Translations under genes and position numbers: made by a program
DNA from: Octopus vulgaris
Taxonomy: Eukaryota
NCBI GenBank assembly: GCA_951406725.2
Contig: OX597817.1
Span: 78,988,001 to 79,052,000, forward strand
Direction of reading: 5' to 3'
DNA length: 64,000 nucleotides
Shown: in pieces, positions 55,218 through 64,000 of the stretch
Numbering within the stretch: position 1 is the first letter of the stretch
Layout of the letters: each line of letters starts with the position of its first letter
The notes under the pieces: generated by a model
What the model was told of the DNA's origin: nothing
Seen by the model: only the letters and a program-made list of their open reading frames with translations
The model's database searches: none

Positions 55218-55623
55218 GGCGCAGGAGTGGCTGTGTGGTACGTAGCTTGTTTACCAACCACATGGTTCTGGGCTCAATCCCACTGCGTGGCACCTTGGGC
55301 AAGTGTCCTCTACTATAGCCTCGGGCTGACCAAAGCCTTGTGAGTGGATTTGGTAGACGGAAACTGAAAGAAGCCTGTTGTATATATGTATATATATTTA
55401 TGTATGTGTGCGTGTATGTTTGTGTGTCTGTGTTTGTCCCATCCAACATCGCTTGACATCCGATGCTGGTGTGTTTATGTTCCCGTCACTTAGTGGTTCA
55501 GCAAAAAGAGACCAATAGAATAAGTACTGGGCTTACAAAGAATAAGTCCCGGGGTCGAGTTGCTCGATTAAAGGTGGTACTCCAGCATGGCCGCAGTCAA
55601 ATGACTGAAACAAGTAAAAGAGT
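55218..55623 (+). mobile_element. Full-length SINE family A (reference copy; resembles octopus OR-type CORE-SINEs)
   Basis: GGCGCAGGAGTGGCTGTGTGG...GTGGCACCTTGGGCAAGTG...CCAGCATGGCCGCAGTCAAATGACTGAAACAAGTAAAAGAG; roughly 20 or more full or partial copies in the window. Confidence 0.9.
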
Positions 55624-55807
55624 ATATAAAAAGGATTTTATCCTTTATATATACTGTTCAGTATTTACGTGTTGAAAAATATATCTTTCTACTTGTTCTA
55701 CAATACATTTCAACACTTCAAAAACTAACTTATATTTGTTTATATATGATGTATCCTAATTATCTATATTCCTTTTTTCTGTTGCATTTCTGCCTTCACC
55801 TAGCTTC

Positions 55808-56324
55808 TACAGAGTGTCTCAAAAGTCACTGATGGGTTTCTAATAACTTCCTTAACTTTTCAAATAAATGCATGAAATTTTGATACTATATAAAGGAAAA
55901 TGGAAATTAATATGCACAAGTCAAATTTTGCAACACCACTACATTACATATGAAAAATGCCATTGTTTAAATGGCAGTCATTTTCGGCTTTGCACACTGG
56001 TGCTCTTTCCAAAACTTGCACCACAACACCCTCAAGAGTTTCAAACCCCCATTTCTCTGATTTCTCTATTGCTGGCCTCCTTCAGTTGCACCAGGGTCTC
56101 TGGTTTGTTGACGTAAACCCTCCTTTCAGGCATCCCCACAAGAAAAAATCTGGGCTAGTCAAGTCTAGGGAATGTGAAGGCCAGTTGACATTACCGTAGT
56201 GGGAGATTATTCTCTCCCCAAAGCACTGCCATAGTAACTGCATTGTTTCTCTTGCAGTATGAGCAGTTGCCCCATCTTGCTGGAACCATGTGTGAGATAT
56301 ACCTTGAATGGCTTTCTCATTCAA
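55808..56324 (-). mobile_element. Decayed Tc1/mariner transposon: transposase C-terminal half and one TIR
   Basis: WFQQDGATAHTA...WPSHSLDLTSPDFFLWGCLK; terminus TA|CAGAGTGTCTCAAAAGTCAC at 55808. Confidence 0.9.
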
Positions 56325-57115
56325 AGTATGTCAAATTAATTGCAATGGTGTGTTTCTTTGAAATATACTGCCAACAACTCAGATGGTTTAATTCATGCTG
56401 TTAGAATAGGCTAGGACATCATCGAAGAAGGTGCAAAATGATGCACAATCACTCATCTCTGAATTCACTACATCTTATAGCAGAAGCAGCTGTAAGCTAA
56501 TGAAGCTGATTATCTAATTCTTGTTCACTTATTTCTCTAATTTCATATCAAAAGTAATCTGATGGCAGATATCACCTGGAAAATGAAAGCCTGGAATGGT
56601 CACAGAACAGCCAGAAGAAAATAATTGAAATAAGATGAGAGAAATGGATGTGACTTTGAGCAAGGCACAGAAAATTGAAAAAAGTTCAGTCTGAACGGTA
56701 CAAAACTTTCAAAGTTCTATTTTCCAGGAAAAGAGGAGAGGGAGAAGGGGAGGAAGAAAGAAGAAAACCTACAAGAAGAACAACAACATGATCTTTTCTC
56801 TCTATCTCTCTCTATCTATCTATCTCTATATATATATCTCTCTCTCTGGCTCTATTTACCTACATATCTATCTATGCAACTATCTCCATCTCTTTCTTTC
56901 TAAGTAACAGCTAAGTTGTATCATCAGGAGAATCAAGGGAAACCACTCATAGAGTGGCTTTCTCCAGAAAGCGAAGAGAACCTCAAGCAACTATTTCTAA
57001 TAATAAAACTTTTTGGGCAACAAGAGCCACCCACGGACAAACTAGCATGCATTTGGCACATATTTAAAACAAGGAAGACAAATCATTAAATATATATTTT
57101 TTATATTCTTCTATT

Positions 57116-57518
57116 TTTTTACATGTTTTAGTCATTTGACTGTGGCCATGATGGAGCACTGCTTTGGAGGGTTTTAGGTGAACAAATCGACCCAAGTAGT
57201 TATTTTTTTTAGCTCAGCTCTTATTCTATTGGTTTCTTTTGCTGAACCCCTAAGTTACAGGGATGTAAACACACCAACACCTGTTGTCAAGCAGTGGTGG
57301 TGGAACAAACACAGATACAAAATCACACACACGTAGATATATACATATATATATGTATATATGACAGCCATCTTTCAGTTTCCATCTACCAAAACTATTC
57401 ATGAGGCTTTGGTCAACCAGAGACTATAGTAGAAGACACTTGCCCTAGGTGCTACACAGTGGGACTGAACCCAGAACCATGTGATTGGAAAGCAAGTGTC
57501 TTACAATACAGCCGTGCC
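57116..57518 (-). mobile_element. Diverged SINE family A
   Basis: Matches family A. Confidence 0.8.
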
Positions 57519-57724
57519 CAAACTAAATTAATCCCAGAATTATACTGGTATTTATTTCATTAGGTGACATATTTTGTTATCATTGATTTTTATTGACTTC
57601 CATGAATATGAACAGCAAAAAGAAAAGCCTTAGAACAATTTCAAATTCAACAAAGCAAAACATCATTCTAAGTAGCTTAAAGTCTGTGAATCTCTTAACT
57701 TCCTTGTTTATCTCTCAGCCTGTA

Positions 57725-57761
<37 letters not shown>

Positions 57762-57797
57762 GTCAGTCTGTCTATCAATTTATCTGTCTGTCTATTT

Positions 57798-58417
57798 CAT
57801 TATATAAAAGGGCTTAGTAAAATAAATTACTTTGCCGCATACTGAAAACATTAGAAATAGCAGCTAAAAAAACTTTTTTAAAACTATCTCCAATACTTAA
57901 AGAAAATCTCTCTCATATAGTGTTTGCTCAACTCAACTCACGAAAGTATGAGGGTAGAGACATTAAAAAATCAAATGCAAAGGTTATTTGAGAACGTACG
58001 TTTCAAGATTAGTCAAAATCGACACTTCTATCATCAGCTCAGAACTCCCTGGTTTGGATTTGAAAACACTGAAAGCGGGAGCATACCCTTTCGGCCTGTT
58101 ATCGCTTCTGAAGATCTGTTCAAAACTAACAGTGTTAGCAAATTCAAATATGCAAACGAAGAATTTCTGCTCTCCCCTTTCCACCAGCGTGGGTTAAAAT
58201 CAGCGAACACTATGCTTTTTTTCGGTAAAATCCGAGGCATTATATAGAGAGAGATGAATTATAATTTCAACAATTGAGGGTAAAATTAATTAATTAATCA
58301 ATTTCACCAAGTATTCAGTATACAAAGGGACCATTTAAGGCGAATTCAAATTATTACATTATATAAAAGGGCTTAGTAAAATAAATTACTTTGCCGCATA
58401 CTGAAAACATTAGAAAT
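57798..58417 (-). mobile_element. Retrozyme/Penelope-terminal-repeat-like non-coding element: 559-bp unit, 61-bp terminal redundancy, TSD
   Basis: Identical 61-mers at 57798-57858 and 58357-58417; TGTCTGTCTATTTC at 57785-57798 and 58417-58430; internal hammerhead. Confidence 0.8.
57989..58041 (-). ncRNA. Type I hammerhead ribozyme with palindromic stem III
   Basis: Reverse complement reads TGAG-CTGATGA-tAGAagtGTC gatttt GACtaaTCTt-GAAA-CGTACG-TT-CTCA; GUU cleavage triplet; stem II imperfect. Confidence 0.75.
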
Positions 58418-58535
58418 GTCTGTCTATTTCTTTAGCTATACTATCTTTCTATCTATCTGTCTGCCTCTCTGTCTATTTATCAATCCATTTGTCTGTTTCT
58501 CTGCCTGGTTATCTATCTACATATCCTTCATCATC

Positions 58536-58567
<32 letters not shown>

Positions 58568-59279
58568 GTCTGTCTGTTTGTTTCTCTGTCTATCTCTCTA
58601 GCTAGCTAGCTATCTGTCTATTTATACATCTATCTGTCAGTCCTTTTTATCTATATGTGTGTCTGTCTGTCTCTCTACCTGCCTGTCTGTCTATCTATCT
58701 ATATGTCTATCTATCCCTCTCTCTCTCTCTCCCTATCTATCTCTCTCTCTATCTATCTATCTATCTATCTATCTATATTTCTTTCCACCTTCCTACATAC
58801 CCGCCTATCTACCTACCTATCTGTCTCCCTTTATATCTCTTTCTCTGTTTCAGTCTCTGCCTCTGCCTCTGTTTCTGTCTCTGTCTCTCTTCAGTGTTTC
58901 CTTCAGTTCCACTGACCTTGAAACTGTAAAATATAATCATTGTTGCAGTCAATGGAGAAAACATCAGTGCTATCGAAACAGCGACGACCGCAAAGAAGAG
59001 CAATAACTGTCTCATGATAGCAATGTTTTCTCCATTAGCTTAGTTGCTCATGTGTCACACCAATTCATAACTTGGTATTATTAATACTTAGTTGCATAAC
59101 AATAAAGATGAGAGGCCATGTTTTAGTGGAATTTAATAACACACAGAAATTCAGTGAGCGTGGAGCGTAAGATTTATGGGACACCATTACATGTAATATT
59201 TGTTACAATTAATCTTACTACTTTATCATTTCTGGTAGTCATTTATTATAACTGACTGGCTTGTAATACACAAACTCAC

Positions 59280-59281
59280 AC

Positions 59282-59314
<33 letters not shown>

Positions 59315-59767
59315 TACACATAATTATACACACACCCACAAACACATATATATATATAGATATATACAGATGTATATCTACACACATATAAATATACATA
59401 TATATATACATACATATATGTATATATATGTGTATGTATATATACATACACATATATATGTGTATATATATATATATATATATGTACATATATATATATG
59501 TACATATATATATATACACATATATGCATATATATGTATGTATGTATATGTATATATACACACATATGTGTGTATATATATATAGATACATGTATATACA
59601 TATGTAAATGTCTGTATATATATATATATGTGAGTGTGTTTGGATATATGTGTACATATATGCACGTATATCATATACATGTGTACATATATGTACATAT
59701 ATTATATACATGTATACATATATGTACATATATTATATACATGTATACATATATGTACATATATTAT

Positions 59768-59812
<45 letters not shown>

Positions 59813-59963
59813 TGTATATATACACACATACATACATATATATGTATATATCTGTGTATATGTGTATATATTATATAGGTAAATGCATATGCATATATGT
59901 ATGTGAGTATATGTATATAATGAACACATGCACACACATTTACAAGCTTTTATACATATACCA

Positions 59964-59996
<33 letters not shown>
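59280..59996. repeat. (TA)/(CA)/(TG) field including ~31-bp tandem units near 59670-59780
   Basis: Repeats of tatacatgtatacatatatgtacatatatta. Confidence 0.9.
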
Positions 59997-59998
<2 letters not shown>

Positions 59999-61865
59999 TT
60001 GTAAGTAATATTGCTGCCTTCTTTTTAACATTGTGTGTAATAATTCAACATCAGCGGCAATATTGATTTCGTTTGTCTTGGCACAATGCCAAAGACTGTA
60101 AAAATATGCAAGACTTTTCTTAAGTTCACTCTACGGCTCTACCTGTTTTGATATTTTCTAAATTCTAGTTAGTGAAACTTGTTTTATAGTAAAACACTTA
60201 TTAGGCAAATTGAAAGAATACAAAAATAAAAAAATAGGAAAAAATATGCATTAAGGCATACATAATAGTATTGTAAGAAACATAAAATAAATATCAATGT
60301 TAAAGTAATGCACAGTCGACCTGACATTGTTATCAGAGACAAAACGATAAAGACATGATTTGTTCTTCAAGATAATTACCCATTTTATATTAATGTGGTT
60401 AATAAAAAGAAAACATTCAAAGAATTCCTGCCATATGTGATTTTTTTTTTAAATATCAAAAATATATGTTCAGATTTGATAATGTTATCAGAGCAACAAG
60501 ATGTATAGCAACCAACCTAGATCAAAGCAGAGATGAACTTCAGTTCTCAGTAAAGGAAAATATATCTATAATCCACAGACTTAAAATGTGTATCATAGCT
60601 AGAACATTAAAAGCTTTATGATAGTTAACGGATGAACATTTGTACAAGCGTGGTTGAACATGAAAAGAAAATGTTTTCATTTTCTTCACAGTGATTTTTT
60701 TTAATGTTTGATTTTCTCCACAAGTTAGCTATATGGTTTGTGCATGTCCGCAGTAATATTTATTTCCTTTTGTCATCTTATTTATGAAGTCCAAAATTTC
60801 CAGGTCTATCAAAACCATTTCATTTCAACTTCTTATGGTCTGCATTTTTCATCCATCTTGTTTGTGTTATCTTTCAAACTAGAGTCCTGACATTATTTCC
60901 TCGTTTACACTACAAGCTCAGACTTAATTGAGTTAACCATTTTGATATCATAAGGACCATCAGGTCCTTGTTAGCTACCTTTGGCGGAATCCACAATATC
61001 TTGAACATTCAAACCAGATTTGTGGATTGAGGATATTCCAATACTTCGAGGTGTTTCTTCATATGAAAATAAACAACAAATTGTGCTTGCTTCCTTCCTT
61101 TCTCCTGCCAGAGATCATGCAAGTTAGTTATAGCATTTCTACTCTTTCTTGACTGACAAAGTCTTGAACAAAACAACCATTCTTGTATAAATAGACAATA
61201 ACTTTCTGCTGCTAATTCAAACTCTAATTGCTATGTTACCATTTTCTTCAAGTTCTGCACCACTTATTTTACCAAAGCAACACAATTGATCAGCCACTTG
61301 AAATATAGCATCCAACTACTCTATAATCTTCACTTCATAATTTGCTGATCAAAAGTCTTCATATCTTGATTGTCTGACAGATATCTCATAGCACATACTT
61401 ATGTGGATTATATTTTACACTGACTAAATGTCATAAAAATTCTTGCCTACAACTGCTTTCTAATTGGGAAAATTTTCCCCTGCTTCTTAAAGGTTTATAT
61501 GATCTCAGTGATTCTTTGTTGAATTTTGGGAGGTTCATTATGCCACTGAAACCACCCGTACTGCTTCTATTTCACTTCTTTTATTATTATTAGTCAACTA
61601 GTTAATCATGCAACCAATAAACTAATCAATAATTTGATTAATTGTTTGATCACTCAATCAGCTAGATTCATCAAACCCCTTTCCTTAAAATTTACAACCT
61701 CATCAAGTACATGCTCTCACTACCCCAAACATGCCTGCTTCCTAGGTTTCAGATTTTATATTCATATTTCTGGAGATGTGAAAAAGACTCTGAATGGCAA
61801 TGAAAGCACTCTGACAAACCTAACTGATTGATTGTCTAACCAATTAATTAAATGACAGACTAATT

Positions 61866-62079
61866 GGTTTCAAATTTTGACACAAGGACAATAAGTTTGG
61901 AAAAGGAGCTTTGTAACTTAAATTGACCCATGTATTCAATTGATACTTCATTTATTGACCCTGAAGAGATGAAAGGTAAAGTCAGCTTCAGTGGAATTTG
62001 AATTCAGAACGTAAAGACAGACAAAATGCCACTAAGCATTTTGCCTGGCATCCTAATGATTCTACCAGCTCGCCAACTT
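61866..62079 (-). mobile_element. SINE family C
   Basis: Matches family C on the reverse strand. Confidence 0.75.
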
Positions 62080-62481
62080 AAATGATTAATTAATTAATTG
62101 GTTAAATGATTAACTAGTAGACAAATATCCCTTTCCAGTGTGTGTGATTTTATTAGAATATTGACCCTCCTAAGGAACAACAAAATTTGTTTCAATGCAA
62201 TATATCACATCAAGAATCTTGCAAACCAAATACAAAAACAAAATATGTTATTCTAACCTTTCTTTCATTCATCTTCAACCATTTGACTAAAAACTCAGTC
62301 ATTTCAAGATTCGACTTCATGTTTTTACAGTCATTCACTTGATTCTGGTTTCTGTAGATATTACATCTTGTAATGGATTAAAGAATTAGAATGAAATAAA
62401 GCAGTACAAAAATAAGAAAAGAGAAATTCTTTAGATGAACATTAAATCGTTCAACAAGAGAATTAAAAGAAAAAATACATA

Positions 62482-62880
62482 TAGGTGCAGATGTGACTGT
62501 GTGGTAAGAAGGTTGCTTCCCAGCCACATGGCTCTAGGTTCAGTCCCACTGTGTGACACCTTGTGCAAGTGTCTTCTACTATAGCCTTGAGCCAACCAAA
62601 GCCTTGTGGAGTGGATTTGGTAGATGGAAACTGAAAGAAGCCTGTCATATGTGTGTGTGTGTATGTGTGTCTTTGTGTCTGTGTTTGTTCCCCCCCCCAC
62701 TGCTTGACAAACAGTATTGGCATGTTTACATCCCCTAACTTAGCAGCAACCAATAGAATAAGTACCAGGTTTAAAAAACAAAAAATAAGTCCCGGGGTCT
62801 ATTTGTTCGACTAAAATTTCTTCAAGGTGCTGCACCAGCATGGCCACAGTCAAGTGACTGAAACACGTAATAGATAAAAG
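62482..62880 (+). mobile_element. SINE family A
   Basis: Matches family A. Confidence 0.85.
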
Positions 62881-63188
62881 CGAAATACATTTTTAGGAAA
62901 CATACCCACACACTCACAAACACATGCAATCACATGCAGGCACATACAGCAATGGCTCGATATATGAGTTAATTTGCACCTAGAGGCTGCTCATAAAGTG
63001 AAAACTTGTAAACCAGGGCAATAATTTCCTATAGTAGCAATGTTATAAATCATTATTCATTCCCAGAAAAATACTTTACTTATAAAATTGATAATATCCA
63101 TAAATAAATGGCAATAAAACAACAATAAAATGGAAAGAATATTTAATGCAAAGTAAGTAGACTGTCAAGACCATTTATAATTATCATT

Positions 63189-63785
63189 GTTACCTCTGCC
63201 TTAGTGGAAGCAGAGGTATTGTTTTTCAGTTGTGTTTGTTGGTTTGTCTGTGGACAAGATATCTCAAGAACTGCTGGATGGATTTGGATGAAACTTTCAG
63301 GGATGTTTGGTCTCATGACTGGCACACACTGACTAGATTTCGGGATCGATCTGGTGCTGGACAAGGTTTCTGAATTATTTGTTATATTTACTTTACATCG
63401 TTACGATCTTACATTAACTTTCAAGTCTTTCTCAATTATCTCCCTTTAGGCTGTAACTATTTTGAATGGTGAATTTGTTAACTTTGGCTTGTATTAGATA
63501 AGGATTAACTATCTATTACTGTTTCTAAATTTTCTACAGCCACCTTCACATTCCATGACTACCGTTGGGATTGATCAGGTACTTGACAAGAATTCTAGAT
63601 TATTTTTCTGGTTTTTTTTTTTACATAATTTTTGCGAGCAGCCGGGTTCGTTTTTAGTATTCTAGTTTGTGAGAGCAGTTGAGTTTATTTCAGATATTCT
63701 CACTTTAAAAATCATCTCTGGCTAATCGTTGAGAGGACATTGGTGTTGCCCTGGCGGAGGTTTGCACAGTCTGAGTGCTCTTGTT
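63189..63785 (+). mobile_element. Helentron-associated non-autonomous element (HINE/DINE-1-like)
   Basis: 5' subterminal repeat ACCTCTGCC with nearby inverse GCAGAGGT, a GTTT/GTCT tract, 3' GGCGGAGGT plus hairpin GCACagtctgaGTGC, T-rich ends. Confidence 0.75.
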
Positions 63786-64000
63786 ATTATTGTTTTCTGA
63801 ATCACTTTCACTCACGCTTGACTCATGCACATCATCACTTGTAGACACGATTGCATATTCACAAGTACTCGTATGGATTTGTTGATTTCGTTTTAAAAAT
63901 CAAGTTTAGAGTTGTTTGTTTACAAGAGGCTCTTTTTTTTTGCTATCTATATATTTCTTGGTTACATGCAGAAGCATTTGTTATGGTAGTAGAAACTTTT

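Noticed and set aside
56915-56970. Minus-strand GAAA-hairpin-UU...CUGAUGA arrangement and a ~58-codon plus-strand open frame
   Set aside because: Stems I and II cannot form, and the peptide has no recognisable motif or start.
60700-61500. Coding-like composition on the minus strand
   Set aside because: Many stops in the frames read and no diagnostic motif; cannot be assigned.

Overview
AT-rich, repeat-dominated animal DNA. The SINE families and very dense (TA)n/(CA)n/(GATA)n/(ATC)n tracts point to a coleoid cephalopod, probably Octopus (inference). No host gene can be named, and most ORFs in the track are microsatellite translations. Recognisable content: a young 5'-truncated CR1-like LINE with an uninterrupted RT frame (51576-53520); R4/Dong, RTE, Penelope and Tc1/mariner remnants; Helitron/Helentron/MITE-like elements; and dozens of tRNA-derived SINEs with shuffled heads and tails. 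The strongest unexplained signal is a set of minimal type I hammerhead ribozymes read directly from the sequence: canonical cores at 9096-9156 (+), 51182-51224 (-) and 57989-58041 (-), a U3-A8 compensatory variant in both arms of a 170-bp palindrome (46149-46513), and several decayed copies. The 57989 ribozyme lies in a non-coding 559-bp unit with an exact 61-bp terminal redundancy and a 14-bp target-site duplication, the footprint expected of a retroposed circular or tandem RNA (retrozyme-like). The dominant SINE shares a covarying 3' stem-loop with the young LINE. All structures were read by eye; no folding or database search was run.
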